A stretch of 63,500 nt of DNA, the filler included, from Choristocarpus tenellus KU-1152 (taxonomy: Eukaryota; Protista; Phaeophyceae), in the NCBI GenBank assembly GCA_964200185.2. It is 11 parts of 11 records of this genome, joined end to end, with 100 filler letters (N's around TTAATTAATTAA, not from the genome) between each part and the next. Parts side by side here need not be neighbours in the genome. Positions count along the whole stretch, not along the records: positions 1 to 4,480 come from CAXNAD020014362.1; positions 4,581 to 8,950 come from CAXNAD020014868.1; positions 9,051 to 12,665 come from CAXNAD020018942.1; 8 more parts are not named here. One strand, 5' to 3'. This document shows, one piece after another, positions 1 to 12,765 of the stretch. Position 1 is the stretch's first letter; every line of letters begins with the position of its first letter. Position numbers and translations under genes: made by a program. The notes beneath the pieces are model-generated. The model was not told where the DNA came from and ran no database searches. It saw only the letters and a list, made by a program, of their open reading frames with translations.

Positions 1-1391
1 CCCACCATGACACACTGGTGATTCTAAACACCCCCCACGACTGATTGGACCCTGCCTAACACAGTTTCGGCACACCTCAGAAATATTCCGGAATGAATTA
101 TCATGACCAAACAAAATAAACATATTTTTCCGAAAAAATTCCTTTAGTGATAGCTTAGATCCAGAACTTTTTTTGATATGCTGATCCTCGATTAACTCGT
201 TAATCAACCTTTTCAAAAAAATCAAGATTGGTCACCGCCAAAACGGTACGTGGGCGAGTCTCGGGTTAATATTGTTTAAGCCACTCACAGGACACTGTGA
301 CGCACAATCAGCTCCAAGTTGTGGCCTGCCCCTCACAGGACACTGATGCCCAATGAACTCCAAGTTGTCACCCGACGAATTTGACGTTGTGCGGTCACTC
401 CCTGATGGATTTGAGTTTGTCCGGTGCAGCCGGGTTAGCAGGGCAAGGGATATCGGCTGAGGATTTCCATTCGTCCACAAGGTGAAAAGGGGAGATCGTG
501 GAGTGCTGCAGTTGGACACTCAAATTGGACAAGGTATACACGACAAGCCTCAGAGGAGGCCTGCACCTTCAGAATACCTCATTTGACTTGGCATAGATTG
601 TCCGGTTCAGAGGCCTGGGACCCCATGAGTGAGCCTAACTTAGCCAGCAGGTGACAACATCGCATAAACGGGAAATAATCGAAAGAGAATGGAGAGACAA
701 CAACGCTCATGTTCTCCGGGTGAAGATGGCCTCATCATCAGGCGTCTGATTCATCCTTAAATGCGCGGTTCGCGCGCCGCATGGCACCTTCGCGCGCGAC
801 TAGCCCGCGGAATACTTGATTTAAGTATGGTCCTGTGTTTCTCACGATTATTGTAAGTTGGGCAACCGAGACTCATCAAATAAGGTTGAGCATGCTGATG
901 CGATCAAAACGAACTAGTTTTCATGAAGAAATTCGCTGTTGATCAAAAGTTATGGCACGACAAAGTTGATACGGGAGGCGACTGCCAACACTATATACAT
1001 CACATAGGTGACTCCTCCCACTCTGTCATACCTATACGCTGGTTCGAACCCCATATGTACGGCGTAGGTTCTCCTATATTTGACCCCATCTTACCTAGTG
1101 TAGGAAAGAACACATCTCTCTACCGCAATATTTCTACCTAAATATCAAAAAGGTAAGCATTGAAAGATTTGTATAGTGGTGGCAAAGATCCATTGCAATA
1201 TGCATATGCAACAACTGGTGGAATGAGAACAGCTGAACCCAGAACACACAAGAAAAATTCAACCACGCATGGGGCAGTGCAATTAGTTGTAGTCCAACAT
1301 GCATGTAGGTATACATAGTTTGTAGAGTAGAAGAAATAGTGCAGTGTCAAGACCATCTACTCATTGGTTAAGGGAGTAAGGGATCAGGTAG

Positions 1392-1778
1392 GTCACTACC
1401 ATCTCCTCAATTCCTAAGGGACTGAAGAATAGTGTAGGGTGGAGGTAGTGTCCACTGGAGAAGTTCCAGACTGAAGTGAGCAAATAATAATACAACACCT
1501 TCAATTAGGTACGCTGCTCGACTTTCATTGGGGCCTACTCTGAAGTCCTGCCAGGACTCAAGGGACTAAGGGATTATACGGTTCCAAGGGTGTAAGAGAT
1601 AGTGCATTGTCACTACCATCTATACTCACTGCTCTGGTCAAGGGACTAAAGAACCAGGTTAGAGGGACGTAGTGGAGAAGTTCCCGACTAAAGTAAGCAA
1701 ATAATAATACTACAGCACCTTCAATATCGTGCGCTGATCGGCTTTCATTGGGGTTACCCTGATGTCCTGCCAGGACTC
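1392..1778. repeat. Degenerate tandem duplication, period ~217 bp
   Basis: gtcactaccatct...tggagaagttcc...gcaaataataatac...ctttcattgggg...gtcctgccaggactc starts at both 1392 and 1609. Confidence 0.8.
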
Positions 1779-1904
1779 CTGCCATATATAGTCAAGGTGT
1801 ACCGAATACAGGGGTACCTGTGATCTTCTTTTCCCACTAGGTGAGGGAGGGAAGAAAAAAAACCCTCAAGGACAGGTGCACAACAAGGAGATCACCATGA
1901 GCCC

Positions 1905-2470
1905 TTAATATACGTGGCCCCTTACTCTACTCCATGTCAGTAGCGAAAACCTCTTCAGGAGGTCCAGTCCACCTTTGGGGGTCTCCTGCTGAACCTTCCC
2001 CAACAAAACATCTATCTCCACAAGAGAGATAAATTCCACTGCTATGGTTGCTTTTGAGTAGCTGAAAACAGACCTGTCTGAGGTGGGCAGAATACTAAAC
2101 ATAAATTAGACCTAGGGCACACCACCGCAGTCCCAACAGCCCACCCCCTTGGAACTGAAACTCCTAGCTACCGAAAATCAACCTGACTCCAGATCCAAAC
2201 AGATTTATCACACTAGGGGCTCCGGTAGGGACAGGAAAATTCATCCAAGTCCACATGGGTGGGTTAGTCGAGAGCTCAGTCACAAATACTGGCCACACAC
2301 ATCATATGGAGGATAAACAGGTTACTTGGCTCCTCAACTCCTGGTCTCTCTCTCTCTTCCTTTTTCGGTTCATTTGGTGAGAAACATTCCCCCCAGTTTG
2401 GAATGCTCTACAATGGGACAGGTTGCCACTCTCCCCACCCTCGTAGCAAGGCAGACAGGGTTCGATGGAG
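1905..2470 (-). mobile_element. Heavily decayed LTR-retrotransposon gag-protease remnant (Ty3/gypsy-like)
   Basis: Minus strand reads CYEGGESGNLSHC (degenerate CCHC knuckle), then a frameshifted LDSG-like stretch (~2180-2200) and DVLLG in ORF 1905..2102. Confidence 0.35.
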
Positions 2471-4448
2471 AGTTTTCACAAAAAACATTTGTGCGAGCCC
2501 CAAAACCCAGGCCCTACGATATTGATCCACGCCTTTCTCTCATCAGGAGTCCCTTCAGAGGACTTTACGGGAATTATCGGTCGAGGCTGAGTGGAGAGGG
2601 TAAGAACAACCCTTGCTCCCATCCCGGAGGTCCACAATATGGCACCTCACGATACCAGAATCACAAGGAGGGTGAGCACGTAATCACCCGTCTTCTGAAG
2701 AGGTCAATTTCGACTCCTTTCAAATTCAACCGGCTAACCTTCTGGATAATGCAGAGAAACATTAGAGAGAAAGTCCTTCACTAGCACTAGCTCACCACCG
2801 GAACCAGAATGGGCAAGGGGCCAATGCATGGGCCTCTACACAACCCTTAGACCGAACATACCACATTCCTCGTATGGCGTTTAGACTTGTCGCCGGCATA
2901 TCTCTAGGGACGTAGGAAACCCCATCCAACAGGTGCCTGGTGGCCAGGTGCAGGAGGCACAATGTCCACACCCAACGTCATGCTCACATCTGCCCCAGGG
3001 CGAGAGGACAAGTACACTACCACACGTCTATGGTGAAATGCATAGCCCCATTCTGCAGGGAAATGTGCATTACTTGCACTATGGAAGGTAGCAGCACGAT
3101 TACAGTAGACTGGACCTTCCACCTATGTGTGTTCTGTTCTGGGGCACTCTCAAACGCTGGCTCAACTCCCAACCGGGACAAAGCCTTCCTTCTGGATGTT
3201 GCTTTTGCAGAGGTCCAAGCAGTCTGTCACTTACAACAATCATCCACCAACAATGCTGTATCTGCTACTGCAGCCGAGTCATGAAAGCGCACCCACTATG
3301 AGTGATCCTTTGACCCTCGTAGTTTTTATCTTATCACCTTCACGGTGAAGATATTCCAGGAAAGGGGCTGTCAAGTCCTCTATGAGACAGATATTATCCG
3401 TTACTGAGTCAAAACAAATAAAGGTAGGCAGGGTCGCATTATTAGGATCTCGAGGAAGGACAAAAATACGCCATTTTGTACAAGTGCAGAAAGAGTCTTG
3501 GCTGAAATGTGGTGTCACTTTGTGTGTGGGAAGGGGGGAATATCAATTTTGCGTACACTACTGTGCTCATAATGGGATTGAAATAGAGTGTGTTATTACA
3601 CAGGAAAAGAAAGATAACATAGAATGCAAAAGGGATACAAACCTACCTACCTCTCAATTGGTTTGACTCTCGTAAGGCTGACACTGGAAAATAAAACATT
3701 TAATTTGGTGTCCTGGTTGTTTTATTATGACATGGAAGTGGTGGTGGTACTGAGAGACAGTTCCTGTTTTGCGGGATTGTTGAGTGACTTCTTTACAGAT
3801 AAATTTTGTTTGGGGGGATCAGGAGAATAAATGCACTTGTCTCACTGTCATACTCGCCCTTTTGGAGATCTCGACAGAAGACTGGTATGCATGGGTGTGT
3901 GAAAACGAAAGACATCAAATCTGTGATAGCGGAGCCCAACATTCCATGTACAACTGACAGGAAGCAGAGACTGCCAAAGGCCAGAACTGCTGACATAACT
4001 TAGTCACTGTATGTAGCAAAGCCCCTGCTGAAACTTGATACATTATATCGTATTCCTGGCTTCTGAAATCATACCCAGAGGACTAAATGCCTAGATCTAT
4101 ATATTTCCCTCAACCATGGTGTAAATAACTGAGAGCATTTTGTTGTTATATTTATTTCTTCCTTCGTATGTCTTCTGCACCCCTCTGTGGTATTTGAGCT
4201 CTTTACTTTGATATGTGACCTCTTCCTATCGGGCTCTGTACCTGTGGTCCATGGATTTGGTGTGTGCTTTTTGTCGCCAACAAGAGTTCCCCTTGCCTGA
4301 TTTTCCCCGTTTGTGAACCTTTTTTCCCTGGCATAAATCAAGATGTTCTCCATCCTTCCTTTCTCCACCGTTTTGCTTCCTCTCCCTTTCTCTTTTTTAC
4401 CCTGATTTTGAAACGTAAGAAACTTAATTTCTAAGTCTCTCTTTTTGG

Positions 4449-4480
4449 GGATCAAAGTATCTGGGGGGGGGTGTCGGCGT
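4449..4480 (+). mobile_element. Terminus of MITE family B (truncated by contig end)
   Basis: ggatcaaagtatct followed by a G-run; the same terminus occurs at five other contig ends. Confidence 0.6.
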
Positions 4481-4580
4481 NNNNNNNNNNNNNNNNNNNN
4501 NNNNNNNNNNNNNNNNNNNNNNNNTTAATTAATTAANNNNNNNNNNNNNNNNNNNNNNNNNNNNNNNNNNNNNNNNNNNN
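4481..4580. other. Artificial contig linker (N44-TTAATTAATTAA-N44)
   Basis: Exactly 100 bp; the 12-mer has stops in all six frames; identical to the nine other linkers. Confidence 0.97.
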
Positions 4581-7500
4581 GCTAGGTCTCTTGCAGCCAT
4601 TGAGGGTGTATTGACAACAGGGGGAGCACAGTCCATACCACCACCCAACTTCAGGTGCACACATCTTCCTTGCATCGCATATCAATTTCTTCCTATGAAA
4701 TTTCTCTTGCTTTTCAATATTGTACTCATTCCACACGCTGTCTCAAGGAAATGTATCAGGAAACCTACCTGCTTAACCAGAAGGCATGGGACAGCAACTC
4801 CTACGATTGACCTTACGAAACTGTCTCCAAACATGATGAGGCGGAAGGCATGCACACCGTGGACCCAGAAACGAACAAGAGGGTAGGTCACCCAGATGCA
4901 TGTTGTGAGCACCACATTCAGAGGTAAGGGTTTAACCTCAAACAAAGGTTAATCGTAGTTTAGTTTTGTTTCCATGCTTGTGCACACACCCCTCTAGCTA
5001 TACCACAAATTCATGCTACCTCCTGTTTGCTCATCCACTCAGTTTGCAAGTTGGGACTAATGAGGAGATATTTCAACATTTCAAGAGGAGATTTCAGGAG
5101 ACGGGCATTTCAGGACCACTTCCTTGCATGACAACCTTCCTGAAGTGGCGACCATTCTACATAAAACAAGGAATCTTTTGAGTTCAGATCCACTTTTTGC
5201 GACCTGACTAAGGTTTCTTCATTTTGAAATTTGAAGATCATTTCATTGAGGTGAGGTGAGAAAACATGGTAATTAAGGCTTTGTTGGTGAGAAGCCCGTT
5301 CAATAGTAAGGCTTGTACTGGCATGGAGTCATGCATATGTACATCTGCTGTGTTGTATTTTTGAGGGCATCAGAGAAGAAAAGAATAATGCGGTCATCTG
5401 CCAGCCTTATGGTTGGTCGAGTTGTTCGTTGAGTGTGAATGTGTGTATGGCATGTCGCCTCCATCTTCCCAGGTGGTATCTGTTTTTCTCTGTTCTCACC
5501 TATTCATAGTATTAGTCGTAGTAATGAACCATCCTATCCCACAGGGTGGTGTCTTTGGGCCTTTGGGATCCCTGTCATTGCTTTCTCATACATACATCTG
5601 TGCATTAGTACATGTGGTTCTAATAGTGTGAGGAGGGATTTTGCACATGAGTGGACGAATATTGGTATTGTTCTATTCTACGGCCATACCCTCACGATGG
5701 ATGCTGGCAGCATTTCAAGCATGGGAATGGGGCACTACGCCACGCATTGTACACATCCGTCACTATGCAACAAAACGCCAGACCAAGATCGATGTGGCAA
5801 TCCATGTCAAGTTAATTCCAGCAAAAAGTTTGAAAGAGAAGGCAGGTTAACAATTGGTGGGATGGCTGAACCCTTTGGGTAAGCATCAAAGCAAGAATGG
5901 AGGGAGTACATTACGTGGTCGTTATGAGAGTTGTAACTACAATGGTTTGTATTATAGTGTAGTGTGTTATGGTTCTGACAACGGGTCGGATACCTTGTTT
6001 GAATGACGATGTAATATAGGAATTGGAGTTCATTGTAGAACAACGACAAAATCGACTAATTGCTTGTGAATAATATAACTTGACAAATAATTCTGCCAAT
6101 AAAATGAAGAAATCAACATTTCAGATCAATAGAACATAATTAATAGACTTGTTACTAGCTTACTGATTACATATCAATGTGAGAGCCATCTTCCACAGAA
6201 GGTATACCCTGAAGGTGACCTATCTTGAACATCATGATATTTGTATGACATTTGTTGAAGGTAACATCTGCTTGAAGTAAGATTGGGTGGTTTGGAGTGA
6301 CCTTCCCAAACCCCCCTCTTTCAGTTACCAATTGGACACTCTTTTCCCGAGTGATTTTCTGAGGAATTGCTATCCCTCTTTGACTTGTCTCTCTTTGAAC
6401 ATGCCTCCTGTGGGTCTTCCCGCTCCCCTTCATTACGAAGAACCTGTCGGCTTGTTTCTATCTGTTTCACATCAATTGCCTAATAACAACTGTTTTGTAT
6501 AATTTTTTATGAAACGGCTATATTAGTTACAAGTTAAATGTACTTAATTTCCCTTACACATTCTATAGGGTATGTCACGTAGTACAGACATACAGTAGTG
6601 ATATGCGTCCACACGAGGTACAACATAGACGCACAAAACATGAAATAGAGGAAAAGAGAGTAGAAGGATTGCAATCTGTGCTACTACGTAGGCTACTCAT
6701 CTTTTGTGTACTTGATATGATACAGTATTACCAGTTCATACTGACTGTGTATGTGCACATTGGTACAGGTCGTTACTCGCATTTACATCATTAGCACCTT
6801 ATCATTGCATCATCAACTACTTTTAGAACATCATGGTGCATAGGAAGTATGGAACAGTCGACATCTGTCAACCATACAAGCATAGTATCTGCCATATGAA
6901 ATGTTTTCTTTGATCTGCACATCAGACCCATCAGTTAAGTCTCATCATATCTTGATTATTCTTTTTTCTCTAATTATCTGTGCTGTTCGATAATACTCTT
7001 CCAATTCTATCGGACAGTTCTGGTAAAATGTATTTGGAGTGAGAGAACAAGCATTAGTGATTAAGTTTGATTAGAACCTTTTATTAGTGATTAGTTATAT
7101 GAGAACATTTCTCATATAAAAGGAAGTATTTCTGATTTTAAGGGGTGCTGCATGCCCCACTTAACGTTAATCGATCACTCTACAGACATCAAGCAATCTC
7201 CCTGGGCTTATCACCTTCATTTTTTTTATGACTTGGTTAATACTTTAACACCTTATATTGGACCTTAGTTTTCTAACCCATCATTTCATCATCATATCTT
7301 CACATGGAGATGAGATTCTACCTGTTCCTGCCAAGGGCCCTTCTGTTCAAGAATTCCGGTAGCTTACGGTAGTGGATCTGTCAAGAACCGTTGACAATCT
7401 CATGTTGCAGTCTGATAGAGTCAGCAATGGAAATCATCCCATCGTCCAGGCCGCTGTGCTCAGCACACGACCTCTGGCTGGGCATGTATCAGTCGAAGTG

Positions 7501-8146
7501 GATCCTGTGGAACCCATTTTAAGGGAAACTTTCTCAGAGAGGGGAAAGAGTTTGAATGCTGTGAGCGTCAGAAGTGGTGCAAGCCGGAGATCCGAATCTT
7601 CGGTGAGTTTGTGGTCAGGCGCACGTATTGTTCACCCTAAGAGGTCAAGAGTTCAATCACCAAAATTATTGGATAACTCGGACTACCGGGACTGGCGGAG
7701 GCGTTTCATTGTTCATTGTCAATATACCCACTGCCTGGGTGCGTTGACAAGTGAAAGACCGGTTAACCAAGAAGGCTCTTACGAGGAACTTCTCTCGGAT
7801 GGGTTCAGTGGAAATGATATCTGGATGGTCAAAAAGGCTTACTATGCACTTACTGTTGCTCTTGTCACATGCACGACCAGGATTCTCTGCTATACACACC
7901 AAAGCCCGAGTGAGTTTTTCCGAGCAGTACATGATTGGTTCATGCCTAATACAGTGGGTAATAGCCAAAAACAAGTCCGTGAGTCTTTCTCTTTGAAGGT
8001 GGAGAAGGGGGCAAATCCGCTCCTGACCTTAACCCAACTGGAGGAGCTACAGGGGAGGATACTATCAAAGGACGTCGTTATTTCGGACAAGATGCTGCTC
8101 CTACAGTTTCTGGGTGCACTCGGATCAGATTACTATACAGAGATAT

Positions 8147-8644
8147 GAGCCAAAGTATCTTAGAGGGTAGAGCCGCGTCCATTAGGGCGTCAAATTGAGC
8201 CAAAGCATCCTAGAGGGTAGAGTCGCGTCCATTTGGGGGCAAAAATCCAATGTTGCGATTTCGATGTAATTTTGGCTATCATGATTGTTAGGAAGTGTCG
8301 ATGTCCCTTTTCCGGACATGCCTACTCATAGCGTATACATTTGACCTACTCCGAAATATTTTGCAGTAGGAAAATATCATAAAAACCCCAAGGGAAGCCA
8401 AGCCCCAAAATAGACAAACAGGGCAATATTTGTACCCTCTAAGATACTTTCACTCATTCCAATGTTGCGATTTTGATGAAATTTTGTCAAAATCCATGTT
8501 CTGGGCACACCTCTTAGCAACATACACACTTTGCCGACTTCTAAATATTTTGGAGTAGGAAAATGTCATAAAAGATCCCATGGGAAGCCAAGTCCCAAAT
8601 GGACAAAAAGGGCAAAACTCGTGCCCTCTAAGATACTTTCACTC
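8147..8644 (+). mobile_element. MITE family A, outer copy
   Basis: TIRs GAGCCAAAGTATCTTAGAGGGTA / TGCCCTCTAAGATACTTTCACTC, flanked by ATAT on both sides. Confidence 0.85.
8197..8455 (+). mobile_element. MITE family A, copy nested inside the outer copy
   Basis: Complete 259-bp unit with both TIRs, flanked by ATT/ATT. Confidence 0.85.
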
Positions 8645-8909
8645 ATATGCATGATGGCCTCACAGAGGACACAATGTCGAGCAGACATAGAGAAGACAGT
8701 CCAAGAGCGACATGCTTCCGTTCATGAGGAGAAGGAGTCAAGACACAAGAAAAGCCATGCTTTGGTTGTTAGCAGCTCATCATATAGGAAAGGTTAGTCT
8801 CATCGTAACGGCCTAGTTCGTGAGGTGGAATGTAAATTTCATGGTGGAAGAAAGAAAAATGGTTTTAATTCCAACCCTAAAAGTTCCGAGAAGATTCCTT
8901 GCGAGAGGT

Positions 8910-8950
8910 GGCCAAAAGTATCTGGGAGGGGGTGGTGGCTGTCCGTTTGG
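8910..8950 (+). mobile_element. Terminus of MITE family B (truncated by contig end)
   Basis: ggccaaaagtatctgggagggggtggtggctgtccgtttgg. Confidence 0.65.
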
Positions 8951-9050
8951 NNNNNNNNNNNNNNNNNNNNNNNNNNNNNNNNNNNNNNNNNNNNTTAATT
9001 AATTAANNNNNNNNNNNNNNNNNNNNNNNNNNNNNNNNNNNNNNNNNNNN
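8951..9050. other. Artificial contig linker
   Basis: N44-TTAATTAATTAA-N44. Confidence 0.97.
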
Positions 9051-9275
9051 CTCCCGCCCCCCCCCCGGGGACCAGGCCGACAACGGGGGGGGGGGCGGGG
9101 GGGGGGGGGGGGGGGGGAGGTCAAGTTACGGCAGGGTAGATGTCTTCTTGCTCAAAGGCACGGGTTGAAGTGGATCATGAAGGGGTGTTCTTGGATGATT
9201 GTGGAGTGGTGTTGAGTGGTGTGGGAACTGCTGTAGGGTTGAGGAGAGTGGTAACTTGTGTGGGGTTGAAAGGTG

Positions 9276-9381
9276 GGGGATGGCTGGCAATCAGTGACGA
9301 AGGGCATTCGCACTGGTTGGTCATCAAATGTAGGGGATGGCTGGCAATCAGTGATGAAGGGCATTCGCACTGGTTGGTCAT
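9276..9381. repeat. 57-bp tandem duplication
   Basis: ggggatggctggcaatcagtgaYgaagggcattcgcactggttggtcat at 9276 and 9333. Confidence 0.9.
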
Positions 9382-9579
9382 ATAATGGAGAATGGAGAAT
9401 AGAGGAATGGCAAACAAGGAATAAGCAAATAATAATAATCCAGAATTCGTGAGCAAAACAAAATCGAACAAAATTTCAATATATTCAATCATGATCCTCA
9501 CCAGCATATAGTGCAGAAAGACAATTCAATCACAATCACAACCAACCTACTTTCCGAATTTGAATCCACACTCTGATGC

Positions 9580-10442
9580 ACCTCGATATGTTCGGCCCCC
9601 CTCGTAGACTTGGCGTCGGGCTTCAGCGTCTGCGCTTTCTCCATGATGGTTGCTATCTCCTTCCTTTGCTTGTAGAGGGTGTTGTGACCGATTCCAAACT
9701 TTTGAGCAACCGCAATTCCTGTCATGGTCTTCAGGAGTCTCAACACTTCCACCTTCTCTGCAAAGCTCTAGCGTTTACGATTGTCGGCACAACGAGGCGT
9801 GAAGGACGCGGCTTTCTCTGTAGATATATTTGGTAGCACCTTACCCTTACCCTTACCCTTGTTCTTGTTATCGTGGCGCTTCGTGTCGTGTTGTCACCGA
9901 CTGGAGGGCTTGAAGCCTTGCGCTTGGTGGGGCTCACGCACAATTTGCACACGCGTTCATTTCACTGGCGCTGTAAAGGATGCACAACGCCACAAATGCC
10001 ATGACGATAGCAACTGTAAACAAGATACTTATGGCATGTATAGTGTGGCGGCCCAGGAGTATTAGCCTGTATGCTGCAGCTGGATCCTGCTGCGCAAGGC
10101 GTCATTATGTCTGTACAATGCAGTAGTCTAAACTTGATGTGATATACTGTATTTACTGTACTGTGCAGTACTGAGAGACAAAAGACTCCTATGCTGTGTA
10201 CTGCTGGTCTCGAGCAGCTTTGTGCCTTTGTTGTATTTTGCTTAGCCTTAGACATGGTTTTTTGAGAAACTCATTGGTCAAGTAGTGAAAAAAAATGCAA
10301 GCTCACTCGATAGAAGAGAGAATTGACAGGAAAATGCCGAAAACTCTCTTACTGTCTAAAAAGTCGTGACAAGCCAATTTAACCTCTCTTACATCCCGTT
10401 TTCTGTTATATCGACCCCTCTTATATATAGGTACACTCGCTG
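9580..10442 (-). mobile_element. pogo/Tigger-like DNA transposon remnant (left end and CENP-B/psq HTH)
   Basis: Minus strand RKR*SFAEKVEVLRLLKTMTGIAVAQKFGIGHNTLYKQRKE (HTH with an in-frame stop); upstream TA|CAG...TCGATATAACAG pogo-like terminus at 10442. Confidence 0.65.
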
Positions 10443-11589
10443 TACTATTACTCCGATTTCAAATGGCAAAAATAAATAAATAAATAAATTAGGCAATACT
10501 ATGTGGTGACTACAACTACTAGTAGTCATTCCCACAAAACTACAACCAAATACCATAAACCCTCCTACTACCCATAAGCAAACAGGCCTCTCTCCTTACT
10601 GCCAAATGGTAAGGCTGGGAGGACGTCATTCGATTAATATACAATAAAGTAAGTCCCAACCATATTTTCTCAGCCACCTTTGCTTTGACTGGGTATGGAG
10701 CCCCCCACGTGGCATGGTCTTCACAACTTTCAGAAATATTTTCTTCCCCTGTTGTTCTTGGGCGTGTCATGCACCCATTCCATCAGCCAGATTCAGCATA
10801 TACACTAAAACCAACCACCTGTACCCACATATCTATGCCATAAAAGATACATATTGAGCGAGGGCACAGTACTACTAATACAATACTACGTATAATATTT
10901 GGACAGTGTGTGCAGTGGGGTGGTCACAACCCGAAATTGTCATGCACCGAGGACCAGGGAGCAGTTCGTGAGGTACCTCCCAAGAGTCATAAGAGCGCCT
11001 CCCAAGAGGTAAGAGTCGCCTGACTGGTGGGGGACCCAGCCGGAACTGAGGTAAACAATTTCGGGGGCGAATTTCCCGTTCGCTCCCCACTTCACGCAGG
11101 AACAAGAGGGCATGCTGAAGCTCACTCTGTCGCCGTGTCTCCATCTTCAGTCAACTTGATTGAGTAATCCCCTTATTTATTTTAATTTATTTGTTTCTGA
11201 ACATCGTAGACACAGAGAAACTCGATCCTGAGAACTACTACTTGACCTCAATCACCAAGGAGAAGAATTTAGATTTCCAAGCTCAGTAACATACTAACAA
11301 GGTGACTCCCCCATTATTTCACATCGCACAAGGTCTGTTTTACACCCGTTTCCTATCCTTCTTGCTATGCAGTCCACCAACTTAGGTCGAAATGGTTGCC
11401 ATGGGCGAAGAGAATAGATTAGACTTGCGCAGGATTACTCACTCAGGCCCCTGCAATTCTTGGACAAAGACGAACTATTGACAGAGAAGAGCATTGTCAT
11501 CTTCTGATGGTGCCCTAGCTACTGGGAAAGCACGACAACACTTAGGTGGGGCAATATTGAAAATCACGGTGCGTTATTCTTACTACATC

Positions 11590-12665
11590 TGCACTTGCTG
11601 CGATTCATATACCTTATATTAAGTATGGTGTAAGGTTCATGGTCTCCTGCACCTCGGCATGCACATTGGACAAATAGATCCCTCCAGTCCAAGGTACACA
11701 AATATATAATGTCACTTGCAAATTTCAATCGTTCACATACTGGCTACATACACCCTCTATTGACATCCATGTCCTTATCAGTAACCTCCTCTTTCAAGTT
11801 GTTCATTTCCCCTCATTGCAAAGATTACCCCTCACACTTGCATGTCCCCCTACAACAATAATCCTTCAAAGGGTCGACCGATTATTGGGATTCTTCCCTA
11901 GGTCCTTGCCCACCTTCGTAAGGTTAGAGACTGGGAGCATAGCAGTATATATTGGTAGATAATAATCTCTGAGGGGATATTATTGTGGAGAGGTTGTTTT
12001 CAAATAGTGTACATATTCAAGGAGAAGGTATATTAGCAATGACGAATTATTCTATCCAAAGTTCTTGTTTACAGTTTGGGTTATGCTTTATCCTCCCCTG
12101 ACGTATGTGCAAAATGCCAGTGGTCATGATACATAATATACTCCTTTCAGAGAAGAGACTTTATAATATATTTCAAGTGGTTCTTTATTACGTACTTGTC
12201 CTCAACATGGTTCATGACCTCGCTCATTCCCCTCCATAAATTGATTTGCGACCATTCTCGAAATGATTATATGGATAAGGCACCTTTACCTACATACTAA
12301 GAATAATACGTTGCGACTTCAACATTTAGATCTTGAAGGTTTGAGAATTTACCTTCACTATAATTTAATAACTTGTCAACATCCTACACACCCCTTTCAT
12401 GATCCCACTATTTGCATCTTCTTGTTCAATTCACCATATTCCTTGACACACATATACATACATGGGTAGGTTCAATTGCAAAGTAGAAAAAGGGGACAAC
12501 ATAGTTTTAGATCAAGCACCAAGGAAGGTGTCTCGTCGCAAAAAACCCCATGATATATCCTCTCTGGAGCTGCTGTGACCCATGCTTCATGCTGATCACA
12601 TGGATATTTAAAGGTGGATTTTAAAAATTGAGGATGGAGCGTACTATTGAGGATGGTTTTGACCG
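11590..12665 (-). mobile_element. Possible decayed 3' end of a non-LTR retrotransposon
   Basis: Frameshifted ICPMC-xAEVQETM motif (~11640-11680) resembles the C-terminal zinc finger of LINE ORF2; the rest is full of stops. Confidence 0.25.
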
Positions 12666-12765
12666 NNNNNNNNNNNNNNNNNNNNNNNNNNNNNNNNNNN
12701 NNNNNNNNNTTAATTAATTAANNNNNNNNNNNNNNNNNNNNNNNNNNNNNNNNNNNNNNNNNNNN
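12666..12765. other. Artificial contig linker
   Basis: N44-TTAATTAATTAA-N44. Confidence 0.97.

Larger units (their letters stand above)
7372..8797 (+). mobile_element. Ty1/copia-like gag remnant, interrupted by nested MITEs
   Basis: DYRDWRRRF...GANPLLTLTQLEEL...LLLQFLGALGSDY resembles copia gag; removing 8147-8644 and the ATAT duplication restores the frame (TEICMMASQRTQCRADIEKTVQERH...HAL). Confidence 0.7.

Noticed and set aside
4525-4536. Recurrent TTAATTAATTAA motif as a biological signal
   Set aside because: Always centred in exactly 88 Ns, so it is an assembly linker
8531-8797. Recurring small ORFs containing GKPSPKWTNRAKL.PSKILS (also 15772, 24582, 54055) as a peptide family
   Set aside because: They are chance translations of the non-coding MITE family A right end
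11210-11421. Two exon-like segments resembling the end of a PH domain (LDFQAQ*...RSKWL)
   Set aside because: In-frame stop, very short, and no supporting exons; too weak to call
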